A stretch of DNA of 64,000 bases from Utricularia gibba (Eukaryota; Plantae; Magnoliophyta): assembly GCA_002189035.1 (NCBI GenBank), contig NEEC01000004.1:2542001-2606000 (forward strand), given 5' to 3'. The position numbers and the translations under genes are program-made. Below are positions 35,780 through 49,029 of this stretch, one piece after another; position 1 is the stretch's first letter; each line of letters begins with the position of its first letter. The notes beneath the pieces are model-generated. The model ran no database searches and was not told the origin of the DNA. It saw only the letters and a list, made by a program, of their open reading frames with translations.

Positions 35780-38700
35780 ATTGGAAGTGTTAATTTTTTG
35801 AATGTCTTCATGTCACATAACACTCTATTAGTTCCTCATTTCAAGTATAATCTCCTCTCGGTATAGAGACTAGTCAAGGATGCTTACGTCAATGTTCTTT
35901 CTAGATATTATTGCTTGTTGCAGGACTAGGGTACCAATAAGGTCTTTGTTATGGGACGAATAAAGGATGGCATGTACGTGCTTGACAAGAGATTATTCTC
36001 ACCAACCCTACTCACTGTGTTTTCTACCAGTTAGGAGGCTCCAAAATGCTGAAGGATAAATTGATTAATGTGCTACTACCACGACTCTGTTTCTTTGCTT
36101 ATCCTATTAATACCACACAGGATAACTTGTTGTGGCATTGCCACCTTAGGCATATCTATGAGTCTAAGGCTAAACATATGGTTGTTAATTTGAATGGTGC
36201 ACCTTGTGATGTTTGCCAATTTTGCTAAATTTCACACACTTCCTTTTCCACTGAGTCTCTCTAGAGCACTCTGGGGTCCTTACAACCATGCCACCATCAC
36301 TAGAAATCGTTACTTCCTCACCATAGTTGGTGACATCTCAAGAGTTGAACTTTTTTGTTGAAGTCTAAACGTGAGATTGATCAATATCTATGTGCTTTCC
36401 TTAACTATGGCTAAAATCATTTTTGTCACACTTGTAAGCACAGAGTTGCAATGTTTATGTGCTGATAGGGGAATTTATCATCAGTTTTCTTGTATCAAAC
36501 GTTGGCAGCAAAATGCATCGGTAGAGTGCAAACACAAGCATTTTTTTGAAGTCACTAGGGCCTTGATGTTTTAGGTTGGTCTACCACTCATGTTTTGAGG
36601 AGAAGTAATTCTCACAACGACGTATATCATTAATAGACCATCATCCTCTATTTTGGATTGGAAAATTCCTTTTCAAGTCTTGGTGAATGCTACTCCTCGT
36701 TTAGAACACATAAAGGTGTTTGGTTGACTTGCATATGCTGCGGTTGCCACTGATCATAGTAATAAATTGAGCCCTCGAGCTTGCAAATGTATATTTCTTG
36801 GCTACATTATGAACCACAAGGGGTATAAACTCTATGATCTACAAACCAAGGAATTTTTTATTTCACGTGATGTCAAGTTTTATTAATAAGTGTATTCCCT
36901 TTAGAATGACTCTATCAAAATTGATTCCTTGAATGTCTTATTACCTCTGTTCTAGTCTATAGAGAATTCAGACGATCTCAACCAAGTGGTTGACTTTGTA
37001 GCTTGCGATGCTCCTTCATCTACTCCTAATCAACATGATATCCTCACTAGGGAATCTAATGATGACATGTTCTCATGTCATGGAGACCCTTAGGGCTCCT
37101 CTAGTCTTGTTGATGTTCATCGCATAGGCAATGCAAGGTCCAAATTTTCAAAGCATCCTATTATTGATATATCCGACAGTCACACAGACAGTGCAAAGTC
37201 CAAATTTTTGGAGCATCCTACTACCGATGTATAGAGTAATAATGACAACTTGAGCTCCTTGTCACCCACTCTCCTAGATCTTGATCGTACCATTATATTA
37301 CATCATAGTGGGAGAACTACACATTCACCTACTTGGATGAATGATTATTACACCTATCAAGTGCACAAGAGCTGTCTTGAGAAATCTTATTTACTGCAGT
37401 AACCACATAGCTTTCTTATAGCTGTCATATGAGATGAAATTCAGGCCCTTGAAATGAATCAGACCTGAGAGATGGTTGGATTGCCTGTTGGTGAACATAT
37501 TGTTGGCTATAAATGAGGCTATGAGATTAAAAGATTACCTGATGAGAGACAATTGAACGCTATAAGACTCATCTTATTTCCAAGAGATACACACAGGTTG
37601 AGGGGGTATACTTTTATGAAAGCTTTGCACCTATAGCTAAGTCTACCACCATCCGAATACTATTAACCTTAGCAATCACATACCAGTGCCATATTGATAA
37701 ACGAAAAATTTACACGTCGTAAATGTAAATCTTCCTATCGAATAAATTTATAACCTAATACACGTTCAAGCATAAAACAATTATGAGCATAGTGATTAGG
37801 GTCGAACACGAAGAGCAGGTGCTTGCTATGTGAAGGTTAATGCATGAAATCAGTGTCACGTTGGTAAAATTGGTCTTAGTTAGGACTAAGGCAGAACTAA
37901 AACGAAATACAGTAAAGAAAAGTAACAAGTTCTGGAGCTTGATTGTTTCTGGAATGGAATGGGTGATGCCTTGGGACTCATAGGGAATGTATATTTATCA
38001 CTAAACAAGCTCACACAAACCACAAATCATACAACTAATTCACAAGATCTAGGTCTACCCGGATTCTTGTTTTTCCCCCTAATCTTTGGTCTACCTCTAA
38101 TTAGGGTTGTTAAGTTAGGTTTCACTACTTCCTCCTCCTGGATCTATCCTAGTTTGTTAAGGAAGTGGCGTGACTTATAGTTTATTAAGTCTAAGGATGG
38201 ATTAACATATTTCTCCCATTTTCACCCCAAGGCACCCCCCCTAAGTGCTTAGCCACTCATGCTTAAGACATCCATAATGCATTCATATCTCAGTCTACTA
38301 CTAGAAAATAAACAAGCAGGAAACTGAAATGTTCGACAGAAAGCTAGAAAACGTCGCTAGCTAATCTTAGCTAGGAGTAATAATCTTGGAAAACAGAAAA
38401 TAATTTTCAAGCATGAGCTTAGTTCCTCTTCGTCTTCATCCTTCTTCCTTCCCAGAAAACATTCTCCAGAAAATTGTTCGTGAGTCTCCAACGAGAGATC
38501 TACCTTCTCTCTCATCTCCCCCCCCCCCCCTTTTTGTCCAAAATCTCACTTTTTCACCTCCTTGGACTTTGTGTGTACTCTTTTTCAGACTTCTGCCACC
38601 TTCTCTGCCACTACACTGTTCATATTCGGCTCCTTGGGATTTGTGTTGCAACCTGTGCTGCATTACTCGAAGAACCAACTAAGACTAAATTGGCACTACT

Positions 38701-40250
38701 ATGTTACTTATGTGCAAAAATACAAAACTAGGCAATAAAGCTTAATTTTTGTAGCACAAAATGAGTAAAGTCTATTCCTTGAGCCACTCAAAAATATGTG
38801 TTATCACATATCAATTAGATGGACGTCAACAATGCATTTCTGCACAATCGTTTGGATGAAGAAATCTATATGGCCATTCTAGAAGGTGTTCCTTGGCAAG
38901 CATGAGACATATGTCTACTAAAAAAAGCTCTTTATCGGCTCAAACAAGTCTCAAGACAATCGAATGTGGAATTGACACATTATTTGCTGCAATTCAATAT
39001 ACTCAAGCTGCTTTTGATGCTTTCCTGTTTGTTTGTCGGATACCAGCTTCCTTTTGGTACTCTTAGTCTATGTGGATGATATTCTAATCGTAGGTTCTTC
39101 ACTACAAGCGATTGACGACTTAAAGGCAACACTACATTCTCAATTTACTATCTAAGGACCTTCACTCTGCTCATTATTTCTTAGGTATTGAGTTCAGTGA
39201 GTCTTCTGATAGTTTGTTCCTCTCTCAAAGGTAGTATCTTGCTTATATTTTGTCTAGCCATGATGCTTTTGTGTTACGGGAAGTTGTCACCCCTTGCCTC
39301 GTGGTTATAAGTTTTCTATTGACTACCCTGTTGTGTACTTTTCAGAGGAATATTGATTGTTGATTGGTAAACTGTTGTATCTTAGCTTCACTTGACCTGA
39401 TATTTCCTTCGTCATGCAACAATTATCCCAATTTGTCCATTCTCTCAGTACTCTACACTGGATTGCGCTGAAGCGTCTTATTAGTTACCTTAATATGACA
39501 TCTGCTTATGGCTTGTTCTACCCTTACAATGAAACCCATTCATGTTGAAGATTATTGTGATGCAGATTGGGATGCCTGTCCTCTTACTAACTGACCAGCT
39601 ATTGTGTCTTTCTAGGAAAGTGCTTCATATCCTGGAAAACTAAGAAGCTTGTCCTCTTACTCGCAGTTCTATCCATTCTCCCATTCTTCTATGGAAGCCG
39701 AATACCGTAGCCTAGCTCCCGCTACATCAGAGTTGCTATGGATCTCTTATGTCTTCTGTGATTTGGTGTAGCCTCTACGCCTTCTGATTCCTTTGTGGTG
39801 TGATAGCCAAACGGCTATTCACATCACTACTAACCTCATTATCCACAAGCGGACTAAGCACATCGACATCAATTGTTATTTGATCAAAGACCATTATAAA
39901 TCAAGTTTCTTAACACCTACTTTTGTGTCATCTAAATTGCAGTCGGATGACATTTTTACTAAGGCTCTAGACACTCTGCCGTTTCGGTCTATCGTTTGCA
40001 AGCCTAGCATCTGCTCTTCAGAGCCCCAACTTTAGGAGGGGGTAAAGATTATAGACTGCTAGGCACCCCTGGCTACTGGTGCAGGGCAAGCGTGTGGTTA
40101 CACTCAACGCTACTTTCCCACTTTCTTCACCATTATGTTTGTTAGTTGTGTATTGCTTTTTGCTTTGTTTCAGTGAGTATAAATGTTCAACTTACTGTTG
40201 TATTGAACTAATTTTTGAGTTGGAATTCTTTCACTCAATTAACAATTGTT
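35780..40250 (+). mobile_element. Decayed Ty1/copia retrotransposon, interrupted by a solo LTR
   Basis: Copia domain order is preserved: GAG-pre-integrase (LWHCHLRH), integrase (QQNASVECKHKHFFEVTRALMF; KVFG*LAY), RT (MDVNNAFLH; VYVDDI), RNase H ([11 protein letters not shown]...[12 protein letters not shown]...DIFTKAL), then a PPT AGGAGGGGG at about 40034-40042. Confidence 0.9.
37695..38806 (-). mobile_element. Solo LTR (Athila-type), 1112 bp
   Basis: TGATAA...TTATCA termini with a perfect 5-bp TSD, CATAT, at 37690-37694 and 38807-38811. Confidence 0.9.
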
Positions 40251-41194
40251 ACACCTCGTGTTCTAGAAGCTTCAAAGCCTCCAATCTAGATCACAAGCCT
40301 TAGACTACATCTTCCACTGTCCGTAACATTCCACTACTTAAACCCAACGTGGCTCCCACTACTCCAACATCTCTATAAGTATTTAAAAATGTGTCATCTT
40401 TTGTTCTCACAAATTAGAATGTAAAACCTTTGGTGCCATACTACTCATTGGTGGTAGAGCAGTGTCTATACCAAAAGGGGTCCAGACCCCTAGTTAGCGA
40501 GGCTAGTGAAAGAACAATAGTGATATTCTTCGTACTAAATCCAGATTGATGCGGTGTATCTATATCTCAAACTCATGTTTCTACAATCTCAATATAAAAT
40601 AACAAATAATAAGAATAATAATAGTTATTAATATTTAAAAGAAATGATACAATTACCCCTTCCTTAGGTCTACACTATCTACTACTCATGTCCTCTGATG
40701 TCATCAACCATTCCAATGCTTGTCGTTCTCATTTCTACTTTAGTGTAAAACCAACTTTGTTTTCTCATATATTAAAAAATTAAATATATTAGTATATTTT
40801 GCTTTAATTTTGATTGAATTAAGAATTAGATTTGAAATAAAGAAAGTATTCATAAAAATATATATAGATAGTTATGTTTTTATTTGCTTCAGCTCTAAGT
40901 TCTCACGCCTGGATTTTAGGTAGCGTGTGCGTATCTACACAAAAGAGTACCAATAATAAGCAGCTGCAACCTCACGCATGTACGGGTGCGCCGCCACAGA
41001 GTAGCCAATTGACTTGTTGTAGATGGGGTCTCCTGAAAGGCGACGCCCGCCAAGGGCTTCAATCCATTTGTTACGACAATGGAGAACGTGAAATCTCAGT
41101 TGTATATCGTCCAGTCACTTATCATATTCAAATTAACAGGGGAAGAAGACCCCAACAGCTGAACCTGGATTCGGCATTTTTGTGATTCACTCCT

Positions 41195-41715
41195 TCACAT
41201 GAAATCGTCTTCAAGTTCCTGCAGGGACTTGTTGGTTGCCGCAATGTCTTTGTTTGATGTCATCTTATCCGCCACCATCAAATTTTTGTAGCTCCTCAAC
41301 TCCGCCTGTCTCTCTTTTTCAAGCCTATCCAGATCCTCGCGACGTTTCTGCACCATATTTGTCAGTCAGGTGACTTACAAGCTATGGCTCATTGGGAAAC
41401 ATATGAAGATGAATAAATACCATGAGCATTATTACGAAATAAACAACTGTGTTTACATTCTAAAACTCCGACTCGAAAAGCACTAGCGTTTCCAAACATC
41501 GATGCCGTTATTAAGCAATTCAACCTACTACTACGAAAGAGAGAGCTTGATGGGATAGTTGTAGCTAGCTAGCCAAGAGAAAGCATGACTCACTTTTTCT
41601 CTTAGTTGCTGCTTCCTCTCAGCTCTTTCCCCAGCATTAACTGCTTCACGTTCAGCTGCAAGTGTCACATGAAGAGTTACACCATCCTCAAGGGAAACAA
41701 CAAGTATTCCCAATG

Positions 41716-41747
<32 letters not shown>

Positions 41748-42619
41748 AAAAATGCAGCAGACCTTTGAGGTCTGGCTTTCTTTCCACCTTCGTTCGATTC
41801 AATCGATTCACTATCTCATTTACACGCTTTTCCACTTTAATGGTACGAACCTACACAATGAAAGAAAACATTAATTCCCATGATAATAAAATAAGCTGCA
41901 CATACAGAACCTGAAACCCAATGCTCACCATTTTTGGGTTGTGGAAACCAACTTGCCCCACATCCATTGAAGCAGTCTTCTTGAGATTTTGCCACGGAGT
42001 GTATACAACATCAACATTATTTATTTTGTTTCCTGCAAATTAGGCAGGGGCAAGGAGAGTTGCATTCAACTTACTGGACAGGTTAAACTGATGCTCAAAG
42101 GACTTGGAACGAACAGCACTTAGGCAATATGGTAACTTCTTATTGGTAAAAGCAGACTACTTAAAGGTGATGGGAACGTGCTATCGTCAAACAAGGGCAG
42201 AAAACGACAAAGAGCACTTGCCTTGAATAGAATTCGCCTTCACAAGTTGTACACAATCTTCAAGAACACCATCAGGCATATCATCAATAGTTTGAGCCTT
42301 AGGCAATCTCAAGTAAACATGGGCGGAGGACATCTTGTCCACATGGAACCTACGGAAATAAGTACAAATGTAAAAAGATAAACAAAAATCATTGTCCGAG
42401 AAAAATATAAGAATCACCCGGTGACACAACCGCATTAAATCGTCAGATTTCGTAACGCAAACTAGTCAACAGGAAATACAGAACGGAATCCGTGGGTGTT
42501 GTGTACCAGATGTCTTCAGGGAAGCCGTATTTGATGAGCTCCTCGTTCTCATACTTATCCAACCCCATAAAGATGGTGTAATCTCCAGCCTCCGGGCGGG
42601 CCTTGAAGTAGAAGACCAT
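41195..42619 (-). CDS. CCDC25: Coiled-coil domain-containing protein 25 (DUF814/NFACT-R family), 6 exons
   Basis: [38 protein letters not shown]|[15 protein letters not shown]...[15 protein letters not shown]|[30 protein letters not shown]...ELEDDFM*. All exons splice in phase, and intron 2 needs a GC donor. Confidence 0.95.
41722..41746. repeat. (CA)n microsatellite in a CCDC25 intron
   Basis: About 12 CA units read directly. Confidence 0.9.
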
Positions 42620-42757
42620 GGCTCCTCCGTCGTCGTTGGTAGGGTAAGTTTTCCCAATGCTGTGCTGATGGGCTTGTTACCACAGAATTGATTGTATTAT
42701 TTGGGTCGAATTTGTTTCTATATTCTTATATTAATTAGATAAAGCATAAAACAAATT

Positions 42758-42762
42758 GCGGG

Positions 42763-42805
<43 letters not shown>

Positions 42806-42830
42806 GCGTGTTCGATCCACGCTCACCGCA
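42758..42830 (+). tRNA. trnF-GAA: Nuclear tRNA-Phe (GAA)
   Basis: GCGGGGATAGCTCAGTTGGGAGAGCGTCAGACTGAAGATCTGAAGGTCGCGTGTTCGATCCACGCTCACCGCA: 73 nt, paired acceptor stem, GAA anticodon, A box and B box (GTTCGATCC), with a TTTT run about 20 nt downstream. Confidence 0.98.
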
Positions 42831-43125
42831 AAGTAATTAATATTTATCCTTTTCGGTTTATTGGTGCATTTTCTTTTTCCGATCCTCAGTTTTTAATGGG
42901 TTTCTATATTTCATAATAAGTTTTTTAAATGCTCCTCTCGAATATGTGACATCTTATTGTTATGCGATATTGCAATTCCCCTTTCCCTTTTGAGGGTATA
43001 TTTGTTTATCATAATATTGTTATGTTTGTTAAAAATTTCGATATCCCTATATTTGTATGATTTGTTTGAGTTGAATATTTTATATAAATATTCTAAAGAT
43101 GATTGGAGCAAACATTACTTGAACT

Positions 43126-44288
43126 TGATAAGTGATTTTGTGTCATTTATATTTATGCTTTTTAGGACTCCCTTAGATGAGTTTTGCATTCTTTTTATTT
43201 CATTTTTTTTATGTTTTTAAAAGAATTTTATATCTTTCATATCACTTTGATCTTTTTGGAGGTAAAGTGTGTTTTGTGATTTTTCAAGACGAATTTGGAA
43301 TAATTTGGAGGATTTTCAAACTACTTTGATGGAGGCTAAGATTTGATCTATCCAAAGATGAAGACTCGGTCAAAGATTCTCGGATAAGATAAGATTCGCA
43401 TCTTATCTTGGAAAACTTAGAAGATTCGGATAGAAGATTTGATGTGAGCCCATCAAGGAAACCCGACAAATCCCCACCATTATATAAAGATCCAAATGCG
43501 AAAACCCTAAGAGGGGGGGTCGAAGTGGTAGACGACTAGAGAGTCAAATTAGGGTTTAGAGTCGAGTCTAGCATGTTTTGGATGTCTTCCCTTTCGTTTT
43601 TCATCAACTTTTGTTGTTTAGAGTCAAACATGCACGTGTGAACGCTTGCGGTTGAAGATCTGCTGTGAAGCCTTGCTTGCGCAAGTTCTGCGCGTGTGAC
43701 TGTCTTACTATGTTTTCCAGTGTTTAATTTGAGGTCTGATTCTATTTTTCGCAATGTTTTCTTTATCAACGTGATCTTTAGTATCATATAGCCATAAGGG
43801 AATATGGGAGAATCAAAGGTTGGCCTCAAGTATCTAAGGAGAAGGATCAATCGAACATCGTTGGTAAGACACATTCTATCTAATCCGTTTGCGAGATGTG
43901 AGGTGTAGAGGTTAGATTTGGATGTGGGGAAAACATAGGTTATCACAAGAGATGAAATGGCTCTGTGGCGTGGTTGATTCCATAATCCCACAAAACAAGG
44001 GACAGTACTATAACGGTCATCGAGTAGCACTACTTTAGAATAACACCTCCAAAGTTTGCGAAAGTAGGTCAGTTCTCAAGGTTTGCACACACGTAAAGGC
44101 AAGTTTCAAATAGGATGGATCCTAAATCCAAGACCACTTTTCTTATTGTCTTCAAAACCCAATCTTTCTTTTGCTTTTAATCTTTCTAACTCTTTGTTTT
44201 GAAAAGAATATTCCAATAACAATTCCCCGTAGATACGATCTTATTTTATTATTTCGACGGTTTCTATACAATTGCAGAATTATCATCA
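43126..44288 (+). mobile_element. Solo LTR (Athila-type), copy A, 1163 bp
   Basis: TGATAAGTG...ATCA termini. The flanks GAACT (43121-43125) and GAACG (44289-44293) form a 4/5 TSD. It is collinear with 54749-55871. Confidence 0.85.
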
Positions 44289-45084
44289 GAACGAAACTCC
44301 AATAGGATTGAGGCATCTCAACCAACACCCGAGGTGCATGCATGGGGGGAATAGCAAGTTGAATGCGATTTTTTTAACGTAGAGAGATTTAACATAAATA
44401 AGTTATCTCAATCCTCATCTTCATAATTTTTAACTTAAAGAGATTTTAATTAAAATCAATTTACAACTTGAATTTCATAAAATCAAATCTTAAGATTAAG
44501 GAAACCCTCCCGGCTCAAAATGGGATTGTGTTATTTTGCTTTGCCATTTTCTTTTTTTTTTAACAAGTAAACAGCCATTCATTAAACGAGAGAACAGATT
44601 ACATATTTTAGGCGCTGCCTCTCACTAGGAAGGGATTACAAAGTCATAAGAAAGCTGGGATGTGCTTCCGTCGTGTTCGCCCTTGTAACCATGACAATGC
44701 CAACACTTGTACTTCTCTCAAATTTACCCCCTGTTTTGCCATTTTCTTTTACCTACACAACTAGCCATGGAAGGAACTTCACCATTTGAACGCGGGAACC
44801 ATATTTCACCAATACATTTTTCGGACAGAATTATTAGCCGAGTGACTACTGTCAATGCATTCGGTTTCACTTCTAAATGACAAGTACAAAAATCGTGAAC
44901 AAACGGACTGGGCCATAAAACTTGCTGGTGCGAACACTAATTTAAGCTACACTTTCAAAATGAAACAAGAGAAGCCATGTCCCATGGAATTCATTAGAAG
45001 AGCAGACAAACTGCAAAAAGGTAACTGTGAGTCAGAGCAATGGACTCACCAGCAAATTGCATTTGGATAAATATGTATAAGCCA

Positions 45085-47340
45085 CTACTCCAGCTTCACC
45101 CTGTCCACCTCGGTCATGATTCCTTCAAGCTGAAAGAAGACGAGGAATCAGGTATCATGAAACATGATGTAATAAAAAAGCCATCATACATACCTTGACG
45201 ATCTGGCGCAAAAAGAAGTCACCATATTGTTTTGCTGGTTTGGATTCAGCAACATGAATTATATCCTTTTGATATCCAGAAAAAAAACAAATGTATGAGG
45301 GGCTAAAAACGAGGGTGGCAGAACAAACCAAGCAGGAGACACGCAATACAAAAACTTACTTCATCAACATAGAAATCAATGTCTGCATTGGAGGTGATTT
45401 TTCCGTCTGAATCAATAGCATGCGTCTTGTGCTTGTATGTCAGCAAAATTGTTCTGTAGGGCATAAAACTGTTTTCAGGACCAGCAGTGCATGGTGGGGA
45501 AGGGAAAACAAGTCTGGAATGTGGTAGGAGAGAACCTCAATGTAGTCTCGTTGACTTCCAAGTACGAAGCAAGCTTTGCAAGAGAAATTGTAGAGTACAC
45601 TTTCAGAAAGGTTCTAACACCAGATAGCAGTTGTTGCTGTTTCACTTCATAAAGAAACAGCTTCAACTGTAGTCTATAAGCATCCTGACAGTTCACATTT
45701 TTAACAACCCATTAAACATTGAACAATTGAGTGTTACAAATGGAACGGCCAAAAGGGCCAATTCATGTAGCTTAACGTACCTGGTTGTAATTCACAAGTG
45801 GTTCCTCAAAGCTGGGTGCCGATGGAGTGATGAACTTAGGGCAAGCATAAGAGAACAGTTCATCGTACAAGGCAAATGCCTCCTCGTCAAATCTCTGCAT
45901 TCTTGTCATTTTCTCTCCATATTTCTCCCGAAGCTGTGAACTTACAATCTCATCGACAAGCTTCACTTGAGGACAGAGTGAAAGACAGATAGCAAGCAAG
46001 GCATACATCTGCTCATTCTTCTTTAATATATGTTCATACTGAGGGGACTTCTGATGATACTGTTTAATCTTGTAAACATAAAGAAGTATTTTATTGAATT
46101 CCCGGATTGCTTCTGCATACCTACAAAATGTTACAGAAACACAGAAATGCAACATGTCACCATATTCCAACTCCTGACAGAAAGAAAGTTTAAGACCAAC
46201 ATCAAAAGAAAACGGTGCATTACCTCCGCATCATAAGATTAGCGAATCCATAATGATACGTAGTAGTTATGTAGCTTCCAATCACAACAGTGTACACGCC
46301 TTGCTGACTAATATCAATGGGAAGTAAGCACTTCAGTCCAGTGTGATAATCACCCAACAAGCAGTGCACTCTGAGCAGCCCTATCATACTGTAGTAACCC
46401 AAGACCTTCAGTACATTACTTCCACCATCATAATCATATCCATCATTAGCAGTAAACTGTTCAAGCCCCTCCTTTTCCTGCTCCAAAATCTGAAGAATCA
46501 TCGACTTATCTACAAGTGCTTGCAAGTAACTGAGGACACCATAAACATTCCAGGCCTGAAACCAAAAGGGAACTTTTGATATGCTGCTCATCCCTCATTC
46601 CAAATATGAAATATGACCGAGTTATTAAGAATACCTGACTAAAGTCCCTCAGAAGTGCAATCTCCTGCTCTGTCTTGTTTTTCATCTTTGCACGGTACTG
46701 GCAGAACGACTGGAACTGGTATACAAACTCATCAACCATATCCCACAGCCACTGATTGGGCAATTGCATATTGACAACCCCATGAAGCACAACCTAAAAA
46801 ATTGGAGAGAAGATATCGATATTGCGAATTCAATCATCATCCAATCCAGACCCCGTTAATAAATAGGACATAGGATGTCGAAAAGGCGTGAAATGATTGA
46901 AGATTTCAAACTGACATTCACAAAAGAAAGCCCAGACTGACATTCAAAAAAGAAAAAAAACCCTGCAACAAAACTCTGACCTGAAAGAGATTGCAGTAAT
47001 TATCCCATGAATCTATACGCTGGTGCATTGTAGGAGAAAGCCTAGCATACAAGTGCCTGAACCACATCTCACGATACAACAAGCAGAAGACATGGTCGTT
47101 ATCGACGTAGGGTGCCACTGCTTCAACGGAAGGCCACGGTGTGTCCTTGAAAAACCTGTCACTGATGCTGTGAAAGGAGGTCTCGTACATCTGATAGATA
47201 TCGTACACGTTCTTATCCCGAATGTGGCGGTACATGTGAGCCACGAAGGACTTCACCGAATCCGGCACGTAGTTGGGGTCGTAACCAAGAGCACCGGAGT
47301 CGCCTGATAGAACCTGCTCTGAATCGTACGACGCCTCCAT
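45085..47340 (-). CDS. EIF3L: Eukaryotic translation initiation factor 3 subunit L, multi-exon
   Basis: GYDPNYVPDSVKSFV...FFKDTPWPSVEAVAPYVDNDHVFCLLYREMWFRHLYARL; QLPNQWLWDMVDEFVYQFQSFCQYR; LGYYSMIGLLRVHCLLGDY; YHYGFANLMMRRY; DELFSYACPKFI; KQYGDFFLRQIVK|LEGIMTEVDRVKLE*. ATG at 47340, TAG at 45087-45085. Confidence 0.95.
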
Positions 47341-47435
47341 TGCAACGATGAGGCTCTTCCCACCGCCGAGAATTGGGACTTTTTTTGTTCCCGGAGCCTC
47401 GTTGATTGCCCTAGACGGAGTGATGGAACTACAAT

Positions 47436-47447
47436 TGGGCTTGGGCC
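47436..47447. promoter_or_regulatory. Tandem site II motifs (TGGGCT TGGGCC) about 100 bp upstream of the eIF3L ATG
   Basis: Two adjacent TGGGCY hexamers read directly. Site II/TCP elements are an established feature of plant translation-machinery promoters. Function here is inferred. Confidence 0.5.
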
Positions 47448-48442
47448 GACATTGGATGACAATGGACAACCCAAGCTTTAAAAATTGTTTAAATTCATTT
47501 TCCTATTTAGTTATACATTTACATTATTTTTTTATAATAAATTATATCAAATTTGATAACTTTTAGTTATATCTTAAAACGTTTATAAAGGAAAAAATTA
47601 CTCTTTATACGTATTCAATCCTTTTTTTTAGTTATGTTTGGATTAAATCGAATAAATTGAGTATGATTCTAAGTTTAATCCATGATTTTAAAACATTAAT
47701 AATAAATTTTTTTTACAATTTCAAAAATGAGATGAATTTCATTGTAAGTGTACTAGTTTTTACTATATGGAAATTAGATATAAATGATTCAATACCAGCG
47801 ATTGTGGGAAGCGTTTTTGAAATCAGTCTTCACTATCAAATAAATCATCACCTATCATTGTCGTCAACGTAATCATCATCATCTCACCTTCATCAATTCA
47901 TTGCGGGTGAAGTATTTATTTAATAAGGAATGAAAGTAACTAGTAAACTGATGTACAAAAAATAAAATATAGAAACCTAGAAGATACTTCAAATAATCTT
48001 ATTTGTGCATAGATTAATTCAAATTATCATATGATTTTTTGATAAAATTTATATTCTCTAATGCATACAACTACAAATGCAAAGAAATGTTTAATGGTTT
48101 TGGGATTGAATTCATGTGCATGCACTTTTCCGTGTTTATGTATTTATTAGCATCAAATTTTTTGATATTAATTCTTAGCAGAAATTAGTAACAACATCAC
48201 AGTAAAATAAGAAATTAAAAGTTATAATATATCAAAATTTTAACTCTAAATTCATTCAACATACAATATTTATGCCTAGGGTATTCTTGAGAAGTTTGTT
48301 CACCTAGTCTATGATCTTAAAGTTTTAAAGTGTTAACTAACTTGACATATTGATCCTTAGGTCTATCACCTTTTTATTAGTTTTTTTGTTTTATTTTTTT
48401 AAGATATTCTATAGTAAGCCATTTGATTTTCAGAACTACCAT

Positions 48443-49029
48443 CTCTGATACCACTGTCGGGTTATGCGCAGCGGAAGGTGGGAAAAACAAAAATTTCCCT
48501 TTTTGTAACCAGCGATATCTCATATCACTATAGCACCGAAACAACGACGCCTCTAGCTCGTCCACAAGAACTAGAAATAAATACGACTAGGTTAAACCAA
48601 CAAATGTATTACATACATTTTGCCCAAAATATATTTAAACCATCTCATGGAATAAACAACCATGTGATGCCAATATCTCATATTTGCACAAAGACTTGAT
48701 TCAACTCTTGAATCGGCATATTAGGAAAACACAGCCAATGCTAATATCTCATATTAACATTGACTATCAACACAGAACAAACACGTGGAATAAGCAGAGA
48801 AAAATTACCAAACTCGAAACCAGAGTCGAGTTCTCTTCTTCGTATCGCTATTCACTAGTCTCGTTTCTTCCTAAAGTGCTTTTCCTCTTTCGGAACTTGA
48901 ACACATCTTCCCAGAAGAAGAACACCAAAAACCTATGAAAGTGGACCAACTGCCTCCTATTTAGGTTTACATGATCATATTGATCTTATTCAATCTGACT
49001 TAATTATAAACAGACATCCAATTCTTTCA
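48443..49029 (-). mobile_element. 5' LTR plus tRNA-iMet primer binding site of an LTR retrotransposon (probably copia), truncated
   Basis: The minus strand reads ...TTCCGCTGCGCATAACCCGACA G TGGTATCAGAG: an LTR ending in CA at 48455, then the PBS at 48453-48443. The LTR start (TGAAAG at 49029) is tentative. Confidence 0.65.

Noticed and set aside
43536-44030. 164-aa minus-strand ORF (and 55416-55692 counterparts)
   Set aside because: It lies inside the solo LTRs and is not preserved as one frame in the second copy.
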